In this document: one piece after another, positions 13,258 to 25,917 of the stretch
Layout of the letters: the number at the start of each line of letters is the position of its first letter
Numbering within the stretch: the stretch's first letter is position 1
Assembly (NCBI RefSeq): GCF_001194135.2
Contig: NC_068985.1
Location: 9,315,035-9,379,034 of the forward strand
Direction: 5' to 3'
DNA from: Octopus bimaculoides
Taxonomy: Eukaryota
Length of the DNA: 64,000 bases
Position numbers and translations under genes: made by a program
Notes under the pieces: generated by a model
The model's database searches: none
Told to the model about the DNA's origin: nothing
The model's input: the letters and a program-made list of their open reading frames with translations, nothing else

Positions 13258-13405
13258 TGTGTGTGTGTGTGTAAGCAATTATGGGGATAAGCAAATTAGA
13301 CACATCAAATATATTAAATATATATTAAGTACATCAAATACAAAATATGTAGCACTACTAAGTGTCTTCTATACTGAGAATATCTGGATCTGATCTCATC
13401 TGTGA

Positions 13406-13449
<44 letters not shown>

Positions 13450-14280
13450 TGTGTGTATGCGATGGTTTTTTCTTTTTCTTTTTTTTTATTGTTAAGTAGC
13501 GTCGATTTTTACAATTCTGTAAATAATAATAATAATATTTTATAACCTTAAAGCTTATAAGCGACCACCGCTCAATGACTATAGAAAATAGTCTAATAAT
13601 GGGGCACATAAGCCCTCGACGGGAAAAAGTAGGTTTTCCCGTCTATGTATGTATGTATACATGTACGCTCTTACACATTGATTGGTATGTGTTGTCCAAC
13701 CTACTATCCGGCAGCGTCCAATTCTCTAACGGTTTTTTTCAAATGAATCAAGTCATAACCTTATCCATCTATTGTTTTCATAATCGGTCATAATGTCTTA
13801 CGTTTAAGATGATTCCCATGCTTTCCCTGATGAGGTTACAATTTTAATATCAAAGATCCCTATGGATCACACAGGTTGTAATCCTTTGAAACATATGTAG
13901 GAATAAAGTATGCAATTATAACATGCGTTTTCTCCAATCCTTAAATTCTTAAATATACTCAAATACCCAAAATTTCAAGGAGTTCCTGCCTTAAAAACAG
14001 GAACTAAACCACAGTTATTTTGTGTTCTTTGCTACATTGGTTTCTATTAACCCATTTATTCTATCAGAAGAATTTTTATTCATTAAGATAGAAGAAATAC
14101 ACATAAATATATATATATATGCATATATATATATATCTGTATGTATGTATGTATGTATGCATACACACGCGCGCGCGCACAGGTGTGTGTGAGATAAAGT
14201 GAGAAGAACATGAATAACATCAGCTTCAAGTAGGCACGAAGAAGAATGAAAATCAATTAAAAAAGTTCTTGGAAACTTAC

Positions 14281-14614
14281 CAATAGCACAAGCTGGCATG
14301 CTGACACAATTCACGCACATGTCGGCCAAACAGAGGTTCATCAGAAATATTCGCCCGACTTTATTTAGCTTTTGGTTCTTGTAATGAATAATGAAGCTGA
14401 TAGGATTGGTCACCATACCGAAACAGGACACGGTAAGCAATATTATGAGGTAGATTATGGCTAAGATTGGTTTACTTTGTAGGAGAGGAGTTCTGTATTG
14501 AACAGATGCCGTTGAGTTGAGAGGAGACACTGTAACCACAGAATTTGATGTCATATCTAGGCTGAAGAACGACATGTTAGATGTGGCCACGTCGTGAAGT
14601 GAATCAAACATCAT
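14281..14614 (-). CDS. Class A (rhodopsin-like) GPCR, melatonin-receptor-like; coding exon 1 (N-terminus, TM1, TM2)
   Basis: ORF MMFDSLH...ILAIIYLIILLTVSCFGMVTN (TM1)...IFLMNLCLADMCVNCVSMP (TM2, LxxAD). N-glycosylation sequons NMS and NST. Ends at donor GCTATTG|gtaagt (phase 1, 334 nt). A good acceptor (attatttctatttttcag) lies at 14681/14682, so the exon probably starts at 14680. Confidence 0.9.
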
Positions 14615-14754
14615 TGTGAGACGAATGGAGGTGGAATTGGATATGAGGCCACAACACGTAAATTGAACTCCAATAACGGACTGAAAAATAGAAATAATGG
14701 TTTAATAGTTCTGTATTGAAATTTGTAATGATATTTAGCGTATTCGATCCTTGG

Positions 14755-14962
14755 TTTGTTTTTGCATTGAACTACGGCCACGCTGGGGCAACCCCTCGAA
14801 TGGTTTATTTCTACAGGTCAAAGTATTTATGTCTTAATAAAATCTGGTGCTTATTATATTAGTCACTTTGGTCGAACCGCTATGATATGGGGACGTAAAC
14901 AAACCAACACCGGTTGTCAAACGGTAGTGGACATAAAGACATACACACACAAAGACACACAC

Positions 14963-15001
<39 letters not shown>

Positions 15002-15155
15002 CGGCAAGCTTTTTTCAGTTTCCGCCTGCTGAATCTACTCGGGTGGATTTGGCCGGCCCAGGGTTCTACTAGAAGACATTTAACTTAGGTCCGTCGCAGT
15101 GGGACTGAACCCAGAACCTGGTGGTAGGAAAGCAAACATCTTACCACACAGCCAG
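14755..15155 (-). mobile_element. SINE family C
   Basis: Degenerate full-length copy with internal (CA)n/(GATA)n. Confidence 0.75.
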
Positions 15156-15204
15156 AAAGCATAACTCTCAAATCCTTTAGTATTGAAAAAAATACCAAAG
15201 AAAC

Positions 15205-15420
15205 AACTAACCCTTTAGCATTTAAACCGGCCATATCCAACCGAAATATTCAGCCCTTTTTATATTCAAACCAGCCAGATCTGGCTTGTCACACCTACCT
15301 TTCAAATATACAATCACATTATTGAAATTGCTTATCTACAAGATAATGTTTGATTAATTCAAAACAATATGAGTAAATAAACATTGTATTTGCTAGAGTG
15401 ATCTGAATGCTAAAGGGTTA
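15205..15420. mobile_element. piggyBac-like MITE
   Basis: taaccctttagcatt...aatgctaaagggttaa (CCC/GGG ends, TTAA context). Confidence 0.65.
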
Positions 15421-15429
15421 AACAGTAAG

Positions 15430-16651
15430 ATGGCAAATTAGCAAAAGCCTCGGACAGAGTACTTCACGGTATTTACTCCGATTCACTGACCTCTGAGTTC
15501 AAATCCCGCCGAGGTCAATTTTGTCTTTCTAAGTCAATAAAATCAGGTATCAGCTAAAAAAACTAGCATAGATTATATCGATTAAACCCACCCTCCACAA
15601 ATTTGCTAACCATTTGCCTAAATAAGATACAATTACGTGCAGAAAGCTGTCAGAATCGTTTGACGTCGGAAGAATTACTTGTTTTGACATATTTCTTGTG
15701 GGTTTTATGTTCGCAGTTCATTCAGTGCCGAATACCAGGGTAGATTGTAACAACTAAGGTCCTCCCACTCAAACTTTCCATGTGCCTAAATTCACTCTCG
15801 GATGTTGTTACACATCGCTAGTTATAATGCACTTCGCACCAGTTCTTAGCTTTCCAATGATGCCTCCCTGCATCTGGGAAAAGGCTGATCAGAAGTTAGT
15901 TCGTCACAGAGTAAGCCGTTGACAGCTGGGTGGATGGCAATAACGTGAAATGAAATGTTTTACTCAAGAACACAAAGCACTGCTTGGTCCAGGAATCGAA
16001 CACACGATCTAGTGATCGTGAATGTTACACCCTAACCACCAGGTCACGCGCCCAAACAGGTTTTAAATTAGAAAAACCATTATAATGACTTCAAATCCCG
16101 CCGAGGCCAACTTTACCTTTCTTCCTTTCGGGTTTGATATAATCCTATAATCAATCAAGAGCTGTAGGCAGAGGGTATCGATTCACCTCCTTCCTTAAAG
16201 CTATTGACCTCATGCCAAAATTAGAAAGAACTAAAGGCGGTGGGTTGTCAGAATCATTAGCGCGTCGGACAAAATGCTTAGCGGTTTTTCTTCTAGTTTT
16301 ACATTCTGAGTTCAAATTCCGACGAAGGTTGACTTAGCCTTTCTTCCTTTCGGAGTTGATAAAATAAGCACCAGTTACACACTGGGATTGGTGTAATCGA
16401 CTTACCCCCTGCCTCGAAATTTCTGGCCTTGTACGAAAATGTGAAATCATTATTATAACGGAAACGAGGAGCAGAATCGTTTAGCAAGCTGGCCAAAATG
16501 CTTAGAGCGTTTCTATTGGCTTTAGGTTTTGAGTTCAAATTTGTCCTCCTTTCGAAGTTGATAAAAAAAAGAAAAATACCAATCAAGCACTGAGGCCGAT
16601 TTGATCAACTAGACCTCCAAATTTCAGGCCTTGGTCATATGGTAGAAAGGC

Positions 16652-16712
<61 letters not shown>

Positions 16713-17051
16713 CATTATTATTATTATTATTATTCAGTAGTCTTGGTTTTATCACGTTCTTCCACTGCACTACCGAGCACATCTCTGTGTGCCTTGGGTA
16801 TGTGCTGTGGTTTGCTCTGATGCTCTTATGTTTACTGCATTGAAAGTGTTTTGCGTAGGATGTGTGCAGTGCCCAGTAGTGCAATTTTCTGTATGTTGTA
16901 TATATTTGTAAGTCCTGGTATTTTTGTTATGCATTTGTCTGAATATTTTTTTATCATACCTAATGCGCCTACTATGATAGGAACTGTTTCTGTTTTTAGA
17001 ATCCACATTCGATAATTATTATCATCATCATCATCATTATTATTATTTTTA

Positions 17052-17086
<35 letters not shown>

Positions 17087-17870
17087 AAAGCGACAAGCTG
17101 GCACGGCAGAATCGTTAGCATTAGTAAAGTCGGGCGAAATGCTTAGCAGCATTCTACATTCAGAGTAGAAATTATTATTATTATCGCAAAGACACTAGGG
17201 TCGATGTAAACGGTTATCTCCTCCCGCCAAAAATCTACAGGCCTTGTGCCTTTAGTAGAAAGAATAGTAAAGTGATGATTAGCAGAATCATAAGAGCATC
17301 AAACAAAATGCCAAGCGTCATTTAATCTGGCTGGTTGTGGACTCAGTTCATGCCTCAGCAGGTTTGCATCTCATTCTTTCATGATCGATCAGTCAAGTAC
17401 TGGCTCAGTTTAATCGATTAACTGATTAATTTGCCTCCACACATTTCAGGCCTTGTGCTTTTGCTAGAAACAGTTATTATCGGCGAGCTGGCAGAACTGG
17501 TAGCACGCTGGACGAAATGCTTAGCGGCATTTCACCAGTCGCTACGTTCTGAGTTCAAATTCTGTCGAGGTCGACTTTGCCTTTCATCCTTTCGGAGTCG
17601 ATAAATTAAGTACCAGTGAAACACTGGCGCCTATGTATTCGATTAATCCCCCTCCGCACAAATTTCAGGCCTTGTGCCTTTAGTAGAAAGGATTATTACT
17701 AAAGGCTAAAGTTTTAGAGCGTCGAATTAATTGTAATACTTTACGTTCTGAGTTCAAATCTCACTGTGGTCAAACTTTGTGTTTTATCCTTACTTGGTAG
17801 ATAAAAAAATAGTACAGTCTTGTACTGAAATCGATATCGCCGACTAAGCCCTCTTCTAAATTTATTATTA
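15430..17870 (+). repeat. Cluster of about nine family A SINE copies and fragments (plus a V/CORE-like SINE at ~15850-16040 and a Dong fragment)
   Basis: Recurrent gagttcaaat...gtcgactttgcctttcatcctttcgg and aaatttcaggccttgtgc motifs; best copy at 17483-17700. Confidence 0.8.
16735..17011 (-). mobile_element. R4/Dong-like LINE 3' end within (TAA)n
   Basis: VPIIVGALGMI...IQKIALLGTAHILRKTL* (restriction-like endonuclease C-terminus), with (TAA)n on both sides. Confidence 0.8.
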
Positions 17871-17881
17871 AACAAATCGTC

Positions 17882-18254
17882 GTGGCACTCCGTCTGTTGC
17901 GACGACGAGTGTTCCAGTTGATCCGATCAACGGAACAACCTGCTCGTGAAATTAACGTGCAAGTGGCCGAGCACTCCACAGACACGTGTACCCTTAATGT
18001 AGTTCTCGGGGATATTCAGCGTGACACAGAGTGTGACAAGGCTGGTCCTTTGAAATACAGGTACAACAGAAACAGGAAGAAAGAGTGAGAGAAAGTTGTG
18101 GTGAAAGAGTACAGCAAGGTTCGCCACCAGCCCCTGCCGGAGCCTCGTGGGGCTTTAGATGTTTTCGCTCAATAAACATTCACAACGCCCGGTCTGGGAA
18201 TCGAAACCGTGATCATACGACCGCGGAGTCTACTGCCCTAACCACTGGGCCAAT
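17882..18254 (-). mobile_element. SINE family B
   Basis: Full-length match to the other B copies. Confidence 0.9.
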
Positions 18255-18665
18255 GCTCATCTACTATTATTACATATATTCTTTTAATCAAAGGTAATGT
18301 CATTCGTTCAACGCTTGGTGTATCATTATGCATTTTAGATTAGCTGATAAAACTATTATATACTAATAAGACAAAGAGATTTGAATATATCATATTTGTT
18401 TGTTGTTAGCTTATCTGATAGACAAATAAATAAAGGACATAGATTTGAATACAAGAGAAGTGTTTTTGTCAGTTGGAGAAGGGCCTAAATATTTGTATTG
18501 TTAAATTGATTGACAATGTTGTAGAATACCCGATTAAGTTTGGAAATTTTTTAAATGTTCAGAAATTTTTTAAATGTTCACTAATATCTTATTCTTTATC
18601 GATAAATTCTAGATAATAACCGTAATATTTTTTTTTTTTTAAATAATAAAGTAGATTAGTCTTAC

Positions 18666-18800
18666 CTTTGCAAAACACAATGTTCTTTAGTGGTCTGGAT
18701 CAGCCAAATATATTTTGGTATATTGATTATGTGAGTTAAACGAGAGCACAGACGGACGAACGCGTCGATGTTGATTTTATGAAGACAAATTATCGTGTTA
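18666..18800 (-). other. Possible upstream non-coding (5' UTR) exon of the GPCR
   Basis: Strong minus-strand donor caaag|gtaagact at 18666/18665 in non-repetitive sequence, which would match the acceptor at 14681. The 5' boundary is unknown. Confidence 0.3.
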
Positions 18801-19214
18801 AGTTCTAGAAGTTACACCGAAAAATAAACAGAGCCATTGTTTATGCATGGTTGGGAGATTCTAAGATTGGTGCATCGCAACAAAAGAAAATTTATATTTC
18901 CGTCACAAAGGAGTGGAACAAATTGTCCTTATTCTATTTCATTATTTTCTTTGTTTTCATTGACCATTCGTACGTGCGTTGGTCAAGCACAAAATCGTGA
19001 ATGAATACAGGTTATATGATATGGAAGGTTGAAAGCAAAGACATTTTCTTTCTTTTCGATTCGTAGCAATTGAAAACCGACAGACAACAAAGAGCATCCA
19101 TTTTGAATTTTATGTTTCGTTTTTCTATGCATATGAATATATTATCCTACGTACAGAATTGTATACCTCCTATCTTTGTGAACCTTCTAGAATTATATTT
19201 TGTGTGTCAAATAA

Positions 19215-19256
<42 letters not shown>

Positions 19257-19451
19257 TATAACTCCATTATCTTCCCTGTATCTTCCACTCATACAATATT
19301 ACAAGATGAAGTGGGTTTGGTCAATGATTTGGGAACCGCCCATTCTACCAAATATAAATGCTTATATAAACATGGAGAAAAGAAACCAACGAGCAAGTAA
19401 TACGTAGAGTAAATCTGTATATGGGAACTTGCGTAGAAGGCTTTAAGTGTG

Positions 19452-19489
<38 letters not shown>

Positions 19490-21992
19490 TACATATATGT
19501 GTGGGAGAGGTCGTTGTGTGTACCAAAGGTCCTTCCCGTTCCATAGGCTCATGAGGCCGTTTTCTCGTCTGTGGCGTGTATATTCACCCATGAGCAGTAA
19601 TTCCAAAGTTTCGCTGCCGACCAAACTCCGAGGTCACAATCAACTTTTTTCTTACGAAAAATATGTATGTATGTATTTATACTCACACGTTCATACGCTC
19701 ACACAACCAAATAACAAAACACATATTATTAACACATATATATTTCAATGGTATATTGTTCTCTGTTTACATATGAATATGGCCGGCGACTAGCGGACAG
19801 AAACCCCTTTTAGGCGTTTCCCACTCATACACATATACACAAACGTTAAACGATAACAGAGGAGGATCTCAGCACTTCAGCAAATAAACATTTAAACTCC
19901 CCCTTCTGATTACTATTTCGTTGGAACAAACATACATCCATATATATATATAGGTTCATTTATTTATGCGAGTTATGTTTGCAATTGTAAATAAAGTCAA
20001 AGTCAGATGGCTAGATATCTATACAAGAGGCATCCTGGTTTACATAGCAATTGCGATAGTGATTCTATTCATACGATACAGGATTTAGTAAACAAATTTA
20101 ATTCTAAATGGAAACCCGAGAACAAACTTCCTCGTCTAAAAGTCACCATGTTCTTTTGCAAGAAAGAAAACGAATTTTCAAACGACAAGCAAGAAAATGT
20201 TTAAATTTGTTTTTAGCTATAGATCAATATATATTTAATCGATGATCGAATGAATTCGAGATGAATTTCGACTGGTTACTAAACCAGCTATTCAATCATA
20301 GGAACGAACGAACGAGCTCATTGGTTCTCCAACTTCCAGATGCCAGGCCCCACCAAAATATAAACAAAATTCTTTTGAACCCATCCTAATTTATTAGAAG
20401 ACGAAATTAAATTTGCATCTATACAATTTTCCTTTCTTTAAAGAGTCTGATACCATCTTAATGTTATCAAGTATAGCAATTTGTTCGTCTTTTGTCGATC
20501 CTCTCTGCTCACACCCGAGAGTGAGGCTTAGGCTTTGCTATCAGAAACATTGAACTAACCATCATTGACAGAGCTTCTATTTGGTCACAAGACTCGCATG
20601 AAAAACAACTAAAACTCCTTGAAATTATAATTTGCTGCTTTTAATAAAATATCACATTAGATAATATGCTATGTTTTCAGACATATGCACAGCCCTGAAG
20701 TTTGGAGATGGGTTTTAGTCGTGAAAATCGACTAAAGACTTGACTGGTTCTTCATTTTATCGAACCCGGAAGAATGAAATACAAAGCTGACCTCGATGGA
20801 GTTTGAACTCAGAATTTAAAGATCTCGATGTAATTTGAACTCAGAACGTAAAGAGCAGGAAAGATGTTGTAGAGTATTGTTTTCGGACGTTCAAATGATT
20901 CTGCTAATCCACCGCCCTTATGAGATTGCCACACCGGGTCGCTTCTGATTTTACTGGACAAAATGCTTAGCGCCGTTTTTTTCTAACTTTATGTTCTGAG
21001 TTCAAATTCTGTCGTTTAAGTTTTGCCGAGGAAAAAATAGGGGCTGATAATGATCCCTTTGGTCATAGGTCTGTTCTACCTGTTGATTTGAGACTAGACA
21101 ACAGCTATGATTATAATAACCATACAGTAATTCACAGTAGTTATAATTGTTGATGCTGTTGGTGCTTGCCAAGAATAACTTTATTTCAATAAATTTCGCC
21201 ATTAACGGCGTTACATAGAGGGGACAGACAAAGACAGACATAAAGTAGCTGCGGGCTAGACATGGACATTAATGAGATGAGGGTGATAAGGATGAAACAA
21301 ATAATGAGAGAGGCACCAGCGCCCGCCGACTGATAACCCCTCGAAAACATTGTTTTTTTCTTTTTTCCTTTTAAAATTACAATTTTTACATAATTTCAAT
21401 ATATTAACAATTTCAATATATTAACAATTTCAATATATCATAATTTTCCTCATTCCACCCCTCCGGTGCCAAGAATAACTTACCACCTCATGGAGCCTAT
21501 TTTCGTTTATCTGGACAGAGCTAATCAAAGTTACGTGTTACATCCATAGTTTTTGTACTGCGTTAATCTCCAAACACTTCCATCTATATTTTCATAGTTA
21601 ACTTCTATCGTATCTTTTCTGTTGCTGTCACACTTTTCTATTTCTTTTTTAATCTTATTCCAATTGTTTTCAAATTTGGTGTACTGATGTAGTTTTGTAT
21701 GCTAATTATGGAAACGAAATTCATTTTTGCGATAAACTAGCAATTAAAAAGGTAATAGCTTTTAAAATTTGCAAATTTGGGGTAATTTTAGCCAATCGAA
21801 AGCCACAGATATATTGGTACCTGTTTCCATAGTAACAAGCCAAGGTATAGTTTGCTTAAACTACTACAGCCAGGTGTATTGTCTTTACCTGTCTATTTTC
21901 TTTGATAAGTGCCTCTATTCTGAACGTTTGGACCACCGCGTTTTTGTCATTTTCACCTGTTTGGGGTTTTTTGTGTTTACTCTTTTATTCTT

Positions 21993-22270
21993 TTACTTGT
22001 TTCAGTCATTTGACTGTAGCCATGCTGGAGCACCGCTTTTAGTCGAGCAAATCGACCCCAGAGCTTATTGTTTGTAAGCCTAGTACTTATTCTATCGGTC
22101 TCTTTTGCCGAACTGCTAAGTTACGGGGACGTAAACACACCACCATCAGTTGTCAAGAAACCGATAGAATAAGTACTAGACTTACAAAGAATAAGTCCTG
22201 GGGTCGATTTGCTCGACTAAAGGCGGTGCTCCAGCATGGCCGCAGTCAAATGACTGAAACAAGTAAAAAA
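21993..22270. repeat. Palindromic fusion of two family C 3' ends
   Basis: 21993-22110 is the reverse complement of 22160-22270. Confidence 0.85.
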
Positions 22271-22820
22271 GTTAAAAAAAGAGTAAAGAGTATACCTGAT
22301 CCACATTTCACATGACTTTATTCATTAAAACTTAATTAAAACTTCAAAACTTCTAACGAATTTGTCGTTATAATGACATGATAGACAGTTTTCACGCACA
22401 AAATGCGTGATAACTTTAAACCTCTTTAAAACTCTATAACATTTTCCAAAAATTTTTCTGAAACAAGTGAATAATAACATCAGACTCGGCGAGAAAAAAA
22501 TACATCTGTATAACAAATTTGATCATGTTTACTTTAAAATTTCAAAAGCTTTGTCAGCAACAGAAAGGATCCGTTAATAGCTTTTTTGAAATTTTGGGTA
22601 ATTTTAGCCAATAGAAAGCTACAGATACAACAGTGCCTGTTTCCATAGTAACGAGAGAAGCTATAGTGTGCTTAACCAATACCACGTGTATTTTCTTCAC
22701 TTGTGTATTTTCTTTGATGTGTGCCTATTTCCTGGACCTCTGTAGCTCATTTTCATCATTTTCACCTGTATTTTTGAGAATCGGATATTTTTGGTTGCCG
22801 CTCTGTCACTACCTCATTTT

Positions 22821-23462
22821 CTGTCGTTCTCACAACGCTGCTTTACGGCTGCGAGTCCTAGACGGTCTACCAGCGTCCTGCCAAGAAGCTGAACCACTTT
22901 CATACAATACGCCTCAAAAAATATCTCGGCATAAAGTGGCAGGACAGGATCCCGGATACCGAGGTACTAATACGTACTAACCTGCCCAGCATCGATACCA
23001 TCTTGATGCAGTCTCAGCTTCGCTGGGCAGGGCACGTAGCTCGCATATCAGACGATCGATTACCAAAAAGATTGCTCTTTGGCGAGCTGCAGAAGGGAAA
23101 GCGCTCACAAGGCGGCCAGAAGAAGCGCTTTAAGGACACACTGAAAGCCTCACTGAAAGCCTTCAGCATCGACCATGCAACTTGGGAGCAGTCTGCTCTA
23201 GACAGAGAAAGATGGCGATCAGCTGTCCGCAAGGGTGCCAACACATGCGAGACCAATAGGATCGCTGCTGCAGAAGACCGCAGACAAGCCAGGAAGAACA
23301 GAGCTAACAACTCTGTAGCAGGTGCTACCATTCCCTGTCCACACTGTCAAAGACTCTTTCGGGTGCAGATTGGCCTCACTAGCCATCTGCGGACCCACAA
23401 AAAAAGCCCACCCCACCCCAGGATGACTAGACGGTCTTCGTCGCATCGACGGACAAACTACA
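22821..23462 (+). mobile_element. 5'-truncated RTE-clade LINE with an 11-bp TSD (TACCTCATTTT)
   Basis: LLYGCES*...IKWQDRIP...QLRWAGHVAR..DDRLPK.LLFGEL..GKRSQGGQKKRFKD...C2H2 finger CPHC..GLTSHLRTH. TSD copies at 22810-22820 and 23463-23473. Confidence 0.92.
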
Positions 23463-23606
23463 TACCTCATTTTCATAATTTTGAACTGTTTTTTCCTGGA
23501 CCTTTTCAACATAAATAGAATTATAGTCACAACCAACTCGTTTAACCTTTCGAGTGTGATGGAGAAATTGAAAGCTAAGGAGGGTGTGGTTTCTTACTTT
23601 CAAGAG

Positions 23607-23668
23607 AAGACTCTCAAGATAAGACTCTCAAGATAAGACTCTCAAGATAAGACTCTCAAGAGAGTCTT
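23607..23668. repeat. 14-bp tandem repeat (AAGACTCTCAAGAT x ~4) ending in a 9-bp hairpin
   Basis: Read directly; the last unit is followed by gagagtctt, which complements aagactctc. Confidence 0.9.
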
Positions 23669-24609
23669 GTCTCTAAAAGAAAAGTATGTAAAGATAGACT
23701 CACCACTACGTGTATACTCTTTTAGCCTATGTAATTTCTTAGATGATGAGTCAAACCTTTACCATAGCCCTAATCTCTAACCCTAATCCTAAACCTTAAC
23801 CTTAACCCTAAATCAACCCTAAATACTAACATACAGTTTTATTTTTGTAATCTTTTGTAAAATATTTCGTTGGGGAATTTTTTTCCTTTTTAAATTACGT
23901 TTGTTCGACCGTTTCACATAACTTTATTTTTTAAAGCTTACTAAAACCTAGCTTCTTAAAACTTTAGTCGTCGTGACGTTTTGCTTTCATTTTGTTTAAT
24001 GAAAATTCTATGTCGTAATGTTTTTGCCTTCATTTTGTGATAGACCGCTACAACGCAAAAGATACCAGCTTCCATTTCTTGTTTTCTGCTTGAGTAAAAA
24101 TTATCAAACTTTAAACCTCTGTAACATTTTTCTGGAACAAATGAACACGAAAATTAAATTCAGCATAAACCATTACTTCAATATACCATATTTTCCCACT
24201 GTTTTGCAGTGGTGTTTTTGTTTCTCCCAAGGTCGTTAGATATATGAGTAAACTTAATTAGCACAAACTGTGAATCGCAACTAATAATTCGTTACACTAA
24301 AACCATAATCAGAGTAATTATATTATTATAAAAACTATTCGTTACATAAGCTCGCTAGTAGTCCAGGATTGGGGTTAACGATGATGTAGTGAGAAATTCT
24401 GTTGATCTTTCTTAATGGCGTAATAGATATAATTAAAATATTGGTAGTTAAAGAGCTGGGAAAAAAACTACCTGCGTGGGATGTTTTTACGGTTGTTTAA
24501 GTTTTCGAGTTCAAGCCTCACACATTTTATCTCTTCAGGGTGGGTGTATAAAAATAAAGTCCCAAAAACTTCCTGTAGTTGATCTAATCGACTATTCCTC
24601 TCTTCTCAA

Positions 24610-25630
24610 ATATTGGTTTCAAATTTTGGCACAAGGCCAGCAGTTGTGAAGAGGGTATGTAAGTCGATTAGATCGACCCCAGTATTCAACTGGTACTTAT
24701 TTTATTGACCTCCGAAAGAATAAAAGGCAAAGTGGACCTCGGTGGAATTTGAAATGTTAACGTGCAGACCCACGAATCGCCGCTAAGCATTTTGTCCAGC
24801 GTGCTAAAGCCATAATCAGAGTAATTATATTATTATAAAAACTGTTCGTTACATAATCATACAAGTAGTCCAGGGTGGGGTTAAGTTTGCTGCTCGCCGC
24901 CTTAAAATGGAAAAGCATAAAGGAAATCATTTGGCCAGGCTAAGAATTTCTCCTCTCAAACATTGCTGCCCTTTTTATAATTGTATGCTTTTCTACTCCG
25001 AGCACAAGGCCCGAAATTTTGAGGGAAGGGGCCAGTCGATTAGATCGATCCCAGTATGCAACTGATACCTAATTTATCGATCCCTAAAGGATGAAAGGCA
25101 AAGTCGACCTCAGCGGAATTTGAACTCAGAATGTAAAGAGAGACGAAATATCGCTAAGCATTTTTCCCCGCGTATTAACGTTTCTTATTTCTTTATTGCC
25201 CACAAGGGGCTAAAGATAGAGAGGACAAACAAGGACAGGCAAATGGGTTAAGTCGATTACATCGACCCCAGTGCATAACTGGTACTTAATTTATCGACCC
25301 CAGTGCATAACTGGTACGTCATTTATCGACCCCGAAAGGATGAAAGGCAAAGTCGACCTCGGCGGAATTTGAACTCAGAACGTAACGGCAGACGAAATAC
25401 CGCTAAGCATTTCGCCCAGCATGCTAACGTTTCTGCCAGCTCGCCGCATTAAGGCAAGAAATATATTCTTCTCTATTCTAGGCACAAGGCCAGAAATTTT
25501 GGGTGAGGGGGGCCAGTCGATTAGATCGACCCCCAGTACGCAACTGGCGGAATTTGAACTCAGAATATAAATATAGACGAAATACTGCTAAGCATTTCGC
25601 CCGGCGTGCTAACGATTCTGCCAGCTCCCC
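24610..25630 (-). repeat. Tandem cluster of family A SINEs including a dimer (25000-25450)
   Basis: Repeated aggatgaaaggcaaagtcgacctc..gaatttgaactcagaac..ccgctaagcatttcgccc blocks. Confidence 0.85.
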
Positions 25631-25917
25631 TCCTTTATAATAATTTTAAAATAATTCTATGAGCAAATAAATAGACTTTTTCAAGGATGATATAATGTTG
25701 TGATAATCGACCTTAATTAGATAACCGATTTAATTATAACACTAAGGATCAGAGTGGCAGACTCATTAGGGGCGTCGGAAACAAAAGGTACCTAAAGACA
25801 TTTCTTCTGTATTTTTACGTTCTGAGTAGAGTTCAAATCTCACTGAGTTCAGCTTTGCTTTACATCCCCCACCATTTTAGTGCGGTGAGGGCATAAAATA
25901 CAGAACTCGTCAAATAC

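Noticed and set aside
20007-20204. 65-aa ORF in unique sequence
   Set aside because: No recognisable domain, splice context or codon signal; such a length is expected by chance. Homology or ribosome profiling would be needed.
23003-23518. 171-aa ORF with a C2H2 finger as a host zinc-finger gene
   Set aside because: It is the C-terminus of an RTE LINE ORF, 5'-truncated, with an upstream stop and an 11-bp TSD.
23607-23668. Regular short repeats as a CRISPR-like array
   Set aside because: Head-to-tail units with no spacers, in a eukaryotic context with no cas genes.
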